Below, in pieces: positions 12,400 to 25,681 of a stretch of 64,000 nucleotides of DNA. The stretch is from contig NC_133620.1 of the NCBI RefSeq assembly GCF_048593235.1, forward strand, positions 158,536,852-158,600,851, written 5' to 3'. Source of the stretch: Sminthopsis crassicaudata. Taxonomy: Eukaryota. The stretch's first letter is position 1, and each line of letters begins with the position of its first letter. A program made the position numbers and the translations under genes. The notes under the pieces are model-generated. The model did no database searches and was not told the origin of the DNA. It saw only the letters and a list, made by a program, of their open reading frames with translations.

Positions 12400-13500
12400 A
12401 ACTTTAAGGATTGTGTAGGCAATGACATTTGTGTTTTGAAGTTGACTAGGAGATCTTGTGAGATTCAGGTATGGAGGGGAAGGTATATACTACTCAAAAT
12501 GTAGAGGGCCAGTTGTGCAAAGGAAAATAAGAGTGTAATGTATAAAGAATAGCTAACAAGCCAATTTGATTAGAACAGAGAGGTATGGTGGGTGTGGGTG
12601 TGTGTGTGTGTGGGTGTGTATGGGTGTGTATGAAATAAGACTGGATAGATTGATGGGAGGGCAAATAGTGGAGGGCTTTAAGTTCAAAGGTGGCACATTA
12701 ATATATTTTCTCTTAGAGGAAGCCACTAAGGATTTTTTTTTTTTAAACCGAGGGTTATGTGAGCATCTTTGTTTTAATAATGTCATTTTGGCAGCTGTGG
12801 AGGGCAGAGACTTGGAAACAAGGAACCTAATTGGGAGACATAAATCCACATGAAAGGTTAAGGGGTTTTCAAAATTGGTAGTAATTGTAGATGGAGATAA
12901 GGATATATTAAAGATGGTGTGGAGGTAGAATTAACAAGACTTGGCAGCTTATAGGATGTAGGACGAGGGAGATGGAAGAGTCAAGATGATGCCAAAGTAA
13001 AAACTTTGGTAACTAGGTAATGCCCCCAACCTAAATAAGGTAGTTTTGTGAAAGATTGAGTTTTGGGAAAAATATGAACAATTATGGGCACTGATCAGAT
13101 TGTGGTTATTTGGTTGAGTGGAGTGAAGATGGAGTTCGTTGATATGAATTTGGAACAAGGAACCTCTACTTAAAATATACAGGAAGCAAATTGCTTAAAC
13201 TGGAATGAAATTGAGAAATTGATTAAGTAGATATCTCATTAGAGATAATAATGAAAAAGTATGGGATCTAGTGAGATCATAGAAGAGTTAGAAGAAAATA
13301 ACTTCCTGGACAGAGTCTTAAGGGATTCCTATACTTAAAAGGTGGAAGAAGGATAATGATTCAGCAAAGAAAAATCAGAAAGCCAAAAATGGAAACCAAG
13401 GAAAGGAAGAGTATCCAGGAAGAGGCAGATATTCACCAGTATCACTCACTGAAAATAAATCAAATAGTAGCTTGAGGACTGAAATCATTAGATTATGTTT
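12400..13500 (-). mobile_element. LINE-2 remnant
   Basis: Purine-rich reverse L2 motifs (gtggaggtagaattaacaagacttggc, gaagagtcaagatgatgcc). Confidence 0.7.
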
Positions 13501-13929
13501 GATTAAGAATTTGAAATTCAAGATATATTTAGAGTCCTAACATAATTACATACTCTATCCATTAGCATATATGTATGTAGCAGCACTTTTTGTAGTAGTT
13601 AAGACTATGAAACAAAATAAATGAGGAATGGCTAAATAAATTGTGAAGAATATGAAGAATACAAAGAATCATGGGAAGACATATAGGAAATGGGACAAGA
13701 AACCAGGATAGCAATATATCTTCCACTTTATTATAGAAACTAGAATGCCTTTAAAAATAGTTTATAACAGGGATAACTTGAGCCAGCTTTATTGGGATAT
13801 CCTAAAGGTATTTGTCACTATTATCCACTAAATATGTACATATATGCATATATACCTATGTATCAGTTCTGTTTTTTCAGGAATTTATTTTGTCTTATAA
13901 TGACAGTAAATTAAGTTTATGTTGTGATA

Positions 13930-14130
13930 TACTTATGTTACATTATTTAATGCTCTCAATAGCTTTTTGAGGTAGGATGAGCATTCTTACCCCCATTTTG
14001 CAGATGAATAAGCTGAGGCTCTCTAACATTGTGATCTGCTTAGAGCCTTAGGAAGAGCAGGTGGCAGAAAGGAAGTGAAGATATAGATCTTTTGACTTGT
14101 TATCCAATGTTCTTTCTACTACACTACTGT
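13930..14130 (-). mobile_element. MIR SINE
   Basis: ccccattttgcagatgaataagctgaggct, the reverse MIR core. Confidence 0.65.
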
Positions 14131-15581
14131 CTTTTTATTGTGATTTTAGTGCTGTTTTTCAAATTTTATTGAGCTGAGTTTTAACTGAACTAGCAACCAT
14201 AAATCCTGATCAGTCATTTCCTCCACTGATTATATGACTATAATCAAATTATCTTATTTCTTTGATCTTGTTTAATAATCTATTCTACCCAACTCATTTT
14301 AGAGGATTGTTTCAAGAATCAAATAAGAAAATAAGGAAACAGAATTAGCTGTGTAAGCTTTAAAGCATTTTTTTAATGTCAAGGCATGTTTTTAATATTG
14401 TTGTTTGGGAAAGTAAAGTAATTTAAATGGTAAGATAACTTTAATAGTTGACAATCACCAATACTATTTTTAATAATAATAATAATATCATAACAGTTTT
14501 TCTATATATTTTGTTAGTTGTTTCCTCACAAAATATTACAATGAAATTAGAAATTGTTCCAGGCAGACTTTTAAAAGAGAATGTAGTTAGAATACATTTT
14601 TTTAAAGGAATTCCTATTCAGGTACTGTGTTTTTTTCCCACAAAAACAAAAAGTAGCTTGATATTCCTATAGCCTTTTCTTGTCATTGAGTAAAGTTAAA
14701 CTGTGCCTTATTTAAGTTCATCACCACTTGATTGCCAAACGAAGCTGTCACTTCAAATATTTTTTAAGTTGCTATAGGAAGAAGAACATAAAAGGCTATT
14801 TTGTTAGTATGTGAATATTTATCAAAGTTGACACAGCAAGCAATGTTTCCCATGGAGCTCTGATAAAGTTCCAAGTAAAGTTTATTAAAGCTTGATGTAC
14901 TTTAACAATTTCATACTCTTTCTACATATTTATTTCTGTTTTGAGAAGAACAGGAATAGTTGATCTGCAATAGTGTTTCTTATAAGAACCACCTGCAGAT
15001 TCCAAGTTCAGAAGAAATTAGAATAGGCATAAAAATTGTGGTATGGACAGATTTTTTGGGGGGGAGGGGCTAGATTCAATAGTTATTTATTAAAATGGAA
15101 ACTATAATTCCTAAGCAATAGTGTTTCTTCAATTTGTCTCTCTAGGCTCATGGCAGAATAGCATAGACTCTCAGAATTGTAAAGAATTTCAGAGGACCAC
15201 CTAGTTAAATTTAAATCTGAATAAGAATTTTTAACATACCTGTCAAATCGCCAGATACTTTGCTAAATCTTTGCTAAAAAACTTCCCAGTGAGAGAGAAT
15301 CCATTTTTTCCCCTCTAGCTAGCCACTCTAGGCCTTGGTTTCTTTATCTGTAAAATGAAGCACTTGTGTGCTAAGGTTCCTTCTAGCTCTGAATCTGTGA
15401 CCTTATAAATCTCTGATGGTACGCTTAATCCTTTTGAAATTACATCTCAGATTAGGTCCAGTTTTCTGGCTTTCAACTTTTATTTTCTGAATCTATATTG
15501 TATCACCAAGAGATGAGTTAAATAAAAGTTTTTTTTTTTTCCTCAGCCATTTACATGCCATATATCCTCTTTTTCTCTCAG

Positions 15582-15774
15582 TGTTCCATCTCTTCCTCAG
15601 AGGAAGAAAAACTTATTACTACGACTAGAGCCAGAACTCCAACTTCAAGTGACTTATCTGACATTAACACCCAAACAAACTGGACCAAGTCACTTCCGCT
15701 GCCAACACCAGAGGAGAAGATGCGACAGCAAGCACAAACAGTCCAGACAGATGTGGTTCCTATTAACGTTACCG
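15582..15774 (+). CDS. NHSL1: NHSL1 internal coding exon (phase 0 to 1)
   Basis: ttttctctcag acceptor, G|gtatgc donor. Encodes CSISSSEEE...TQTNWTKSLPLPTPEEKMRQQAQTVQTDVVPINVT, the NHS-family TNW.K.LPLPTPEEK motif. Confidence 0.96.
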
Positions 15775-16429
15775 GTATGCTTTTTTATAGTTCATTCAAG
15801 TTTGGTGTGCTTCTGGGGAACATATGCAAATATAGGCTAGTCTTTTAAGATTATTTTTTCTCACATAATTTTACCACTTTTACATTTAATTATAGAGTAT
15901 AAAATAAGACTTTTATCTATAAGCCAGCATTCAATTCAATGAAAAAATGCTATTATTTTCCTGTCTTATTGAAGAACTAATTAATGGTATAATTTGATAT
16001 TTCAGCCATTCAACTTGAGAAAGGTTTTTTCATAGACATGACCTGTTATCTTTTAATATTTCACTTGTGAAAAAATTTCCCTTAGATTCATAGGTTATTA
16101 TTTTAGATAAAAAATTAACTTACTTAGAGAGTCTATAGCTCCAAATCTGAATCTTACAGTTAAAGAAACTGAGACATGGAGAAGTAATAAGGACTTGCCC
16201 AGGATCACATAGTAGGAATGGGAATCTAGAGTATAGATCTTCTAATTTTTGCTTTTCAGTGCTCTTCCCAATGTGACTTGCAGTTTTTTAAGTGTAATCT
16301 TTATAGTAGTAGAGATTTGCTACTCACCTTAAAATTTTTTAAATGGGAGAAACATTACTTATCTCAGGAAGAAATATCTACAGAAGCTATTAAGACCTAA
16401 GAATACCAAGAAAAGTATAGTAGTTACTC

Positions 16430-16720
16430 TAATGATGGTTGCTGTAATAACTAACAACTATTTACATTCACATACTCTCGCATTTTAAGAATAATGGAGT
16501 GCTTTTCTTTCAACACTGCAAAGCAGATAGGACAGGTATTATTTATTTCCATTTTACAGATGAGGAAATTAAAGATCAGAAAGATTAAATGATTTGTCCA
16601 CAGTCAGTTTGTGTCAGTGTCAGAATCTGAACCAAGACCTCATGTTGGTTTTTTTTATTTTGATTACTATTTTTACCCAGCAAAAACAAAAGCACTAAAC
16701 CTTGATTCAAATTCTGACAG
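16430..16720 (-). mobile_element. MIR SINE
   Basis: ccattttacagatgaggaaattaaagatcaga, the reverse MIR core. Confidence 0.65.
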
Positions 16721-19212
16721 ACAGAAGTTTCTGACTTTGAAACTAATAGAGTGTATAGACATATGTAATTTATATATGTATACATACATATGTGTCATGT
16801 GTACCTGTGTATACACACATATCTATATCCCTTATTTTTAAAGTTAAAATTTTTAGAGTATGGTAATTTTCAAGCTTTATTTCCATATTCTTTTTCAGTA
16901 TTAAGAGTCAACTCTTAATTATATGTCATAATTAGGATAGAAATAGAAAGATAAACAGTCCAGAAAAGGTTCTTGTATGCAAATTACTTTCTTTGTGAGA
17001 TTTTTTTCTTTCCTAATCTAATTGCAGTGAGCAAAGAATGGGGATGGCAAAAGGCTTCTACAATTAGTAGACTAGATAATCTACCTCTGAATAACATGAA
17101 ATTCATTTTAGATTAAATGTAGGCATAATCATCTATATTCATTATAGATTAAAATATCTAAAATATGTCCCGTTTAGAGCCTGGACCAAAATACAGTGGT
17201 AAGTAGGGATGAATTTTCCATAAAATTAAAAACAATTTCCCCAGCACTAGTCCCATGCTTCAATGAGTGAGGCTGCCATTGCTCACTGCCAACAGAGGCA
17301 TCTGCACAGTGACACTGGTGACTGTGGAAATGACTAATAGCAATGTGGTTTTTTTTTTTTCCTTGCTGGTTGATGAAGGATTGTTTTTTTTGTTTTTGTT
17401 TTTGTTTTTTACTTAGTAGAAATGGTAACATTATATTTAGCAGTCCCTATTTGAATTCTTGAAAATCCTAACAAAACACTGGTTATTTAAAACTCCATGT
17501 GGTCTTCATTCCACATATGTTTATTTCATATTAGATTTGCACATCATATTGCATGCATGGCATTTTAATCTGTTCTATTCATAACTATTACCATTGATGC
17601 TTCTATATTTTGTAGCTATCATATAACTATCTTTTTATAAATATAAGTAGCTATCTTACAGAATAATGTGTCTTTTTTTTTTTTTAACTTGGAAGTTAAA
17701 TCTCATAATTCTAGCCAGAATAAAATCAACATATAATCAATCATTCAATTCAGATCCAGGGAAAATATAAAATCACAAGCTGGTATTAATGTTGTTATAA
17801 AGCACAAGATTTTATTAGGCATTATTAGGAGTCTATGTAATTATGAGAATAGCAAATGGCATAGATAAAATGTCTTTTAGAACAAAGGATTATTTATTGT
17901 GTGATTTAAACTTGGTGATATAAACACCAGAGAAGAAGCTCAGCATGTTTTTTAAAGACTGAGTTCTCTTTGGCAATTAAAATGTTAACCAATTGTAAAA
18001 GATAGCTATAGCTATATGAATAAAGTATTAAAGTTGAAAAGATTATATGAATACCCTACCTTTTAAGGATATAAAATATTTATAAAATAGTTTAGTTATC
18101 CAAATTGAATCATTATATGACTTTCTGATTTTTGTTATATCACTAAAATTGAATGGAAAAAATTGTTTTCATTCTATTTCAATAAAGGTTTCTGTATACC
18201 TTAGACATTGTTTACTTACAATGACTTTTATTACCTTAATAATTTTAATTTGCATCACCTAAGAAACAGTTTTTTCTTTCCAAATATGTAGTTTTTGTGG
18301 AAGTTATTTAAGAAAAATTATATCATGAAAGGACTTGGGTACCAACAATGAAGTTTCTTATAGCGCATTACTTTATGCTCTCATTTACTTGAGTGGACTA
18401 GTCACCCTATAGTCTGTTTAATGGGACAGAATCACCTAAATTTATCACTTCTAATCTGGAGTAAAACCTTCAGGCAAAGAGATATGGGGCATTAACATAG
18501 CAAGCTAGATACCTGGGGTTAAAAATTGATTGAATCCCTTGGGTCTTGAACTAGATGGGACTCGATATATTCTAGAATAAAATATTGGGTATGTGTGTAT
18601 ATGTGTGTGTCCCTATTTTATACTGATGATAATGCTTCTCTATGAATGATTTAAAAAAATTTTTTTATGGAAAATAGTATTGCACTCATGATGAGCAGGC
18701 TTGTAGCATATCTAGTTAGAAGGAAAGTATATGGTGATAATGGATAATTAAATTTAGAAACAAACAAAATGACCTAAAAAAATTAGTATTAAATAAAAGC
18801 AAAAGGTAGAATCTTACAGAATGTTGAATTTTGAGCTATTTCTGGATGAAAAATACACATTGCTTCATTAACACTGACCTTTTTGGCCAAGATCTGATAT
18901 GAACCCTTAGCTTTTGCACTCTCAGATGGAGGACAGAGCAAAGAAAATTAACTGAAGTCAGAAATGTAAAAGAAGATGACCCTATTATTTATATTATTTT
19001 TGCTTCTAATAATTTCCTTGAAGCTTTTGGGTTTGTCTTTACTTTGTTTGGAATGATGAAAATTACATGTCCATTGTATCCCAAAGGCTTTTGTGCAATT
19101 TGAAGCTGTAGTAGCCTAAATAGCTTTAATAGTTTAAGTAATGTTTAATAAACTAAAAGTACATGAAGACTTTTGGGATAACACATGTGTGTGTGCACGC
19201 ACACGTGCATAT

Positions 19213-19250
<38 letters not shown>

Positions 19251-19699
19251 ATAGCGACAGGAACTTAATTTCATTGGTTTAGAAACTCCCAAATAGTAGC
19301 TCTCTCAATGCAGCTTGGTTTTCTGCCACATGTAGTTTTAGAGAAATACCTAAAACACTTAAAAGTTTAAATGTCTTGGCCAGGATCACATAGCAGTGTT
19401 ATGTTGTGAGAACTAAAATTCAGGCCTTCACAATCAAAGTCTGGTTCTCCATCTATTCTATTCTACTATCTCTCAATGTATTACATTTAAATACTAGCTA
19501 CCATATGTGTACACTTTTAACTTTACAGAAGTGGATCAACCAACCATGGTTTGTTTCTCTCCCAGCCTTTCTTTGTTATTTTTATAGAGTAGTGACTCCT
19601 TTAGGCAAAGTTAAGTTATGGTATGTTCCAATATAGCAGCCTTTTCTTCTGAGCACATCTTTCCTTTCTCCAACTAGGACCAAATTTAGTGACAGAAAA

Positions 19700-19930
19700 G
19701 ATTAGGGGAAAAAATACTGTCAGGATGATGTAAATTCAAATCCAGTCTTAGATAATTGCTAGCTCTGTGACCCTGGGCAAGTAGTCACTTAACTTCTGTC
19801 TCAGGTTCCCCAAACTGTAAATGGGAAAAAAATAATAGCATCTCCCTTCCAGGGTTGTTGTAAAGAACAAATGATATAATATTTATACTATGCTTGACAC
19901 ATAGTAAGTACAATATAAATATTAACTATT
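19700..19930 (+). mobile_element. MIR-family SINE
   Basis: ctagctctgtgaccctgggcaag...ctgtaaatggg...gggttgttgt. Confidence 0.7.
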
Positions 19931-20431
19931 GTTATTATTTAAAAAAAAACATACTTGCTTTGAGTGTTTTGAAATCTTTAACAATTTCCCTATTTTATAC
20001 TGATGATAATAGATAGATATAATCAGTATTTATACTTAGGACTCAGTTTTCTGAAGAAAATAATTTCATGAATAAGAAAAATTGTTCTGAAAAAAAGAAA
20101 ACCGTCTTTTAAAAAAAAAAATGGGAGTGTGGTTTTTGGTAGCTCAAAAATGTATAAAACAGTAACATTACCCTGCCCCACTTAAATTGACTTTATGGCA
20201 TATATAGCAATTAGACAAACTTAAACCCTAGAAAGTTACATGAGTATACCATCAACATTTCGAGTTTGAATGTGATATGAGGCTAAATGGCTATCCTATT
20301 ATCAGTTTTTTCAGCTCTAACTTTTATAGCAGTGTTACTGGGTTTCATTGGAGAAAAATCCCTTTATCATTATAAGGGTTTTTATTGTTTCTAATGGATG
20401 TTTTTGGATATCATAAAAAATGACATATTTA

Positions 20432-20566
20432 GGGGGCAGCTAGGTGGTGCAGTGGATAGAACACCAGCCCTGAATTCAGGAGTATTCGAGTTCAAATCTG
20501 GTCTCACTTAACACTTCCTAGCTGTGTGACCCTGGGCAAGTCACTTACCCTCAGCCTCAGGGGGGG
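20432..20566 (+). mobile_element. Young WSINE1-type SINE with a perfect 15-bp TSD
   Basis: Near-consensus body. TSD aaaatgacatattta at 20417-20431 and 20567-20581. Confidence 0.92.
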
Positions 20567-21084
20567 AAAATGACATATTTACACCAGTTATTGATTGGAA
20601 CATTCATTTGCTAATTTAAGACACACTTCCCATGTGTGAGGCAGTATACTAGTCATGGTGGGAGGATGTAGAGGTCTCTGTGTTCATGGAGATTCCAATT
20701 TTGGAAGATTATAAGAAGAGAAGTTAGTTATAGACTATTGGAACCATATAAGATGATTAAATAATAATTCGATGACAAGGGATCACTTTCTAGATAATAT
20801 GTTAACTTCAAATGTGATAGACATTTTGCTGTTGCCTTGCCTTGTGTTTGGAAAATGGTTGGGAGATTCCTTTGTGGTTTTGCTACTTTGGGAAGCACAT
20901 GATTATTGAAAGTGAGGAAGCTAGCTTCCATGTGATAGTGTGCTTTGTTTCTCTTTTTTTCTCCCTTAAGCCAACATTCTCATCATATGATTGAGCTAAC
21001 ATCATTATTAATGCCTTTTTCATTTCTTCAACAAGCTACTGGAAGAAAGTGCATGGTGTCAGCGTGCTTCATATTAACTTTGCT

Positions 21085-21224
21085 NNNNNNNNNNNNNNNN
21101 NNNNNNNNNNNNNNNNNNNNNNNNNNNNNNNNNNNNNNNNNNNNNNNNNNNNNNNNNNNNNNNNNNNNNNNNNNNNNNNNNNNNNNNNNNNNNNNNNNNN
21201 NNNNNNNNNNNNNNNNNNNNNNNN
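21085..21224. other. Assembly gap (140 N) overlapping an NHSL1 exon
   Basis: N run seen directly. Confidence 0.99.
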
Positions 21225-21242
21225 ACATACAAAAGGAGCTAG
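21225..21242 (+). CDS. NHSL1: Visible 3' end of an NHSL1 exon; the rest lies in N gap 21085-21224
   Basis: acatacaaaaggagctag|gtatgg reads (N)IQKEL plus a phase-1 donor. Matches the end of the recalled human exon GENFDRQASLRRS...GVPDNIQKEL. About 132 nt expected, giving a start near 21111. Confidence 0.85.
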   Translation, partial: TYKRS

Positions 21243-22465
21243 GTATGGCTCATCAGAACTGTATTTCATTGCTCTTCATCCTCACTGACTGTTTTTACTA
21301 AACTAATCCCATTTACTCATGCTTATAAAACCAATACAGTCTGATGGCCTGTTATGATTTAGTGGGCTGGGGTTCTTCCTACATGGGGTACTTTCATGCA
21401 AACTTAATCCATGAATTCTGACTAGCTTGGTGAATTTGGTTGAGGTGGTAGACAGAAGAGAGTATTTTAAGTCTAAACTTGGAATGCAGAAATAAACAAA
21501 CAAGCATGATATATATATGTGTGTATATATAGTAGCTGATGATTTAAAGATTTGTAAAACATTTTTCTCATGGCAACTCTATGAAGCATATCATTATCTC
21601 AATATTTCTGGGATTTTGAATATTCTCACAGGTATAATTATTATTCAGGATTTAGGCTTTCATTTAATTTAAAATTCAAATCTTCAGATGAGAAAGGACT
21701 GTAACTGGAAAATTTGGTTATGGTGTTTGAAATTTTTGTTCCCAATAAGACATATACAAAATTTAGTTTAAAAACAGTTTAGGGAACAATAGTGGTATTT
21801 TATATACTAACTATCTCGGTGGACTAATTTGCCAGCAGTAGCATCCATGTATCAACATTTATTAATTTGTTTTTAGGATAGTTACATTTTTACTTTTTAC
21901 TACTATTATCTTCTTTACCCTATACTAAAACTTTGTGGTTCTTTTTCATCTCTACATTTTCTGAAAATGTTGAGATATTACTTTTTTTTTTCCTTCATGG
22001 TTAGACCAATTCTAATCTTATTTTTTGTAATGGCTTCTGGGAAAGTGATTTATTTAGGACTCTAGGAATATAAAAATATTTCTATTTTTCCCTGTAGATA
22101 TCTTTTTCATAAGCTTCATACTTAAGAAATAGTTTTCTTTCCTTTTAAGGGAAATGTAAATTCATAAAAATTATTTATTCATTAGAATTATTCAAATTCA
22201 AAGAATTATTTATAAGAATTGTACCTATACTTGCTTGATATGTTATTATCCCCAATTTTATCATATTTTGGTAACAAGTGGTTCTGCTTTTGTAAGCACT
22301 AGAGATATCATCTCTACAAGCAAGATCATGAAACTATCTTCTGCCAGTAAAAATGAGGGTCTGATAGAATTGGAACTGGTCCCTAGTTTCTTATTTAAAA
22401 TAATAGAGCCATAATATAATAATATATCTTAACCCTTTTCCCGGACCTTTTACTTGACCCTTTCT

Positions 22466-22627
22466 NNNNNNNNNNNNNNNNNNNNNNNNNNNNNNNNNNN
22501 NNNNNNNNNNNNNNNNNNNNNNNNNNNNNNNNNNNNNNNNNNNNNNNNNNNNNNNNNNNNNNNNNNNNNNNNNNNNNNNNNNNNNNNNNNNNNNNNNNNN
22601 NNNNNNNNNNNNNNNNNNNNNNNNNNN
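22466..22627. other. Assembly gap (162 N)
   Basis: N run seen directly. Confidence 0.99.
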
Positions 22628-23121
22628 ATCCTAGATCAAAACCCAGAGCTTCAGAGCTCATACAGTAGAAACCCCTGGGTTTTGTAGTTGAAGAAACTAA
22701 AGCACATTGTCTAAGTGACTTGCTTCTAAGGACACCCAAGAAATAAATCAGAGGTTAGGAGTCCAGCCCAGGTCTTTGGACTGAAAATCTAGTGCTCTTC
22801 TTCTCAATTGAGACCAAGTAGCCTGTGTATTGTCACACACGTGTATGTACATGCATACATAGGTATGTATATATATGTGTGTGTGTGTTTCTGCAGTGCA
22901 GAGTCTAGAAACAGAAATATGGAGTTCATCAGTAATATCTGAATACATGACATTGAGCCAAGTAATATCATAAACCATTGCTCAGTTCTTTGTTTTGTTC
23001 TATGGAGCCACTGTGTTGGAATGATATTGTTGGTTCACAGTGCACCCCACATTCCAGTAATTATTTTGTGCCCTTATAAAGAACAAATGGCGTCTAGGTG
23101 CCCAGACTCATTTCTCCATAG

Positions 23122-23130
23122 GATTGAATG
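23122..23130 (+). CDS. NHSL1: Weak candidate 9-nt in-frame microexon of NHSL1
   Basis: ctcatttctccatag|GATTGAATG|gtatgt. Phase 1-1 fits the intron. Short pyrimidine tract and a competing AG 17 nt upstream weaken it. Confidence 0.25.
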
Positions 23131-23687
23131 GTATGTACCAAGTTTAATGTATTAAGAGTAATGGATGAAAATTATAAAGTAGCAAATTTAGGGTTGTTAT
23201 AAGGGAGAAAAAAACCTTTGTAATAATTAGAATGGTCTGTCTCAGTAAATAGCATGCTCCCCTTTCCTAGCTGGATGTCTTCAAGCACAAGCTGGATAGC
23301 CACTTATTGGATAAATTACAGAGGAGATTCTTGTCGTATATGCGTTGGATTAGATAGCATTTAATGTTCCATCCACAACTCAGAGATTCTTTGAACAGCT
23401 GCTGGGAGGAGTGGGGATTGTCATGCTCAAGAATATTGAACTTTATAGTCAAACTGTAGCTGAGGAAAGATTATCACAGCCAGAGGTCAACTAAGACTGT
23501 AAAATTTTACTCCTTTCTCATAGAAGAGACATCTGCTCTATATAGTTTCTATCCTGGGATAAATAAGCTAACTAGAGAGTTTGACAGTAGGAGTTTGGTA
23601 ATATATATCTATAATTTTCCTTTTCTAGCAGATCAAAATTTAGGAATGCCTAAGATAATCAAAAAATTTCCCATTCCTTGGATTTGG

Positions 23688-23725
<38 letters not shown>

Positions 23726-24516
23726 GGTTTACACTGTAGGCACCTAAATTGTGAAGCTCCACATTTTATGGCTTTTCATTATCAAAAATATTTTTGTTCA
23801 TATTTCCCTTGAATAATCGAGAATAATTTCTAGATGTGGCACAGAAAGTGTTTGGTAAATAGCTTAGGGAAATAAAGATTATTGAAGACAATCAATAAGG
23901 GAAAAAATACTTTATTTTGGTGCTTCCAAATCTGAGTGATGTGCCTGCTAAAAATACCTCTTCAGATGTCGACAGATTTGAGTTTTTTGAATCTGAGTCA
24001 AAACCTTAATTTCTCATATGATGGAATAGGAAGTGTAATATATACATATATACACTTATACAAATATAGATTTGAGTATGTACATAATAGGTTGTAAATA
24101 AGTTTTTGAAGATGCATCATACTTTTAAAAAAATCATATTTACTATTTTTCCCCACAAATCATAACCTAGAATAGCTACTGATGATGTCATGTCATCTGT
24201 GAATCAAAAATCTATTTTTCTAAAAGATTTAACAAGAAAGGAGGGAAAGATGTCTTATTTACATTTAGCATCTTTAAAACCATATTAAATTTCAGATAAA
24301 TCTTGTTTATTTCAATCAAGATTTTACTTCTTTAATTGGTATCAGTTATCTTCCAAGTGTTAGGTGATTAAGGGATTAAAAATAAAATACAATTTTCTTT
24401 TTCAATATTAAAAGAGGAAAAAAACCTGAACTCAAAGCTAGAAAGATCTGGATTCCAGTCCTACTTTTGACACCAGCTGAACTTGTGATCCTGGAAAATC
24501 ACTTGGTGCTCTTTGT

Positions 24517-24714
24517 CAGCAGTGTCAAATTCAAATAGAAACAGGGCACTAAAGACTATATAAGGATCCCTGTGAGCCTTATATTATCTTAGAAAACTAC
24601 ATATTAATATTGTCTCCATTTTATTATATTTTATTTTTCATATTTCCCAGTTACATTTTAATTTGGTTCAGGCCACACTCAGCAGTATTGTGGGCTGCAC
24701 TTTTGATACCTCTA
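24517..24714. mobile_element. hAT MITE inserted beside a MIR fragment
   Basis: Imperfect TIRs cagcagtgtcaaa and tttgatacctcta. Flanks ctctttgt and ctctaagc partly match an 8-bp TSD. Confidence 0.65.
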
Positions 24715-24789
24715 CTCTAAGCAACTTTAAGTTGTAGGTGGGTGCCCACCTGAATGGATAGAGAAAGAGTTCTTTTACATTTATACCTA

Positions 24790-24965
24790 CACACACATTT
24801 ATCTCTTTATTTTCAAAATACAGGCAAAGATAGTTTTCAACATTTACTTTTCAATATTCACCCTTGCAAAACCTTGTGTTCCAAATTTTTCTCCCTTGCT
24901 TCCCCTCACCTTCCCCTCCGTAGACAGCAATTAATCCAATATAGGGTAAACATGTGCCATTCAAG
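24790..24965 (-). mobile_element. LINE-1 3' terminal fragment
   Basis: gcaaagatagttttcaacatt...cttgcaaaaccttgtgttccaaattttt, a reverse marsupial L1 3' end. Confidence 0.7.
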
Positions 24966-25676
24966 AAGATTATCTTTACCAGTGAAATCATAGGTCCAAT
25001 CTCTATCCATATTCAAAAATTAGAGTTATTCTTGCCACCTCCTCTGTACATTTCTAGAAGATAGAGACAACCCTAGATCAAAGTTCAAGAATTTGTTGAG
25101 TCATTTATATTATAATTGCCATGAGAGAACTTTTCTAAAGATCCATATAGATTTTCTAAAAATATTAACTTGTATATTTTTTGATACTCTGATGAATATA
25201 ATATATTTATGGAATAACAAAATAATTAATCCAGGCACCATCATATCACAAGTGTGGCTTTGGTTATATAAAATTTTAATTGATTTTACTACCATTTTGG
25301 AAAACTAAACAAAGCAGGATATCTTTTTTTTTTCCCTTTGTAAATAGTTTACTATCCTATTTCTAAAAGCCTTTAAAGGCAAATGCCTGTAAAATTTACT
25401 GTTGATGATTCAAAGATATCTAGAATGTTGGCAGAAAAACAGCGACCCCAAATGTTAATTTTTGGTGGAAATGGAGTATTAGGATGACTAATTAAACTTA
25501 TGTAGTTTTTAAATGCATTATTACCATGATTTTCTGATGATTCCTTTACCTTTTATTCCTTCTTCCCAACAACAAATTCCATTTTTCTTCTGTTTCAATA
25601 TATTTCAGTCAAGATTTCTTAATTTTTTCCACTTATGGTTCTTTTTTGCATGAGAAATTTTTACATGACTACATGA

Positions 25677-25681
<5 letters not shown>

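Noticed and set aside
21036-21110. Possible alternative acceptor (caacaag|CTACTGG) 75 nt upstream of the gap-hidden exon, apparently in frame
   Set aside because: The frame depends on the N-gap length being exact, which cannot be verified.
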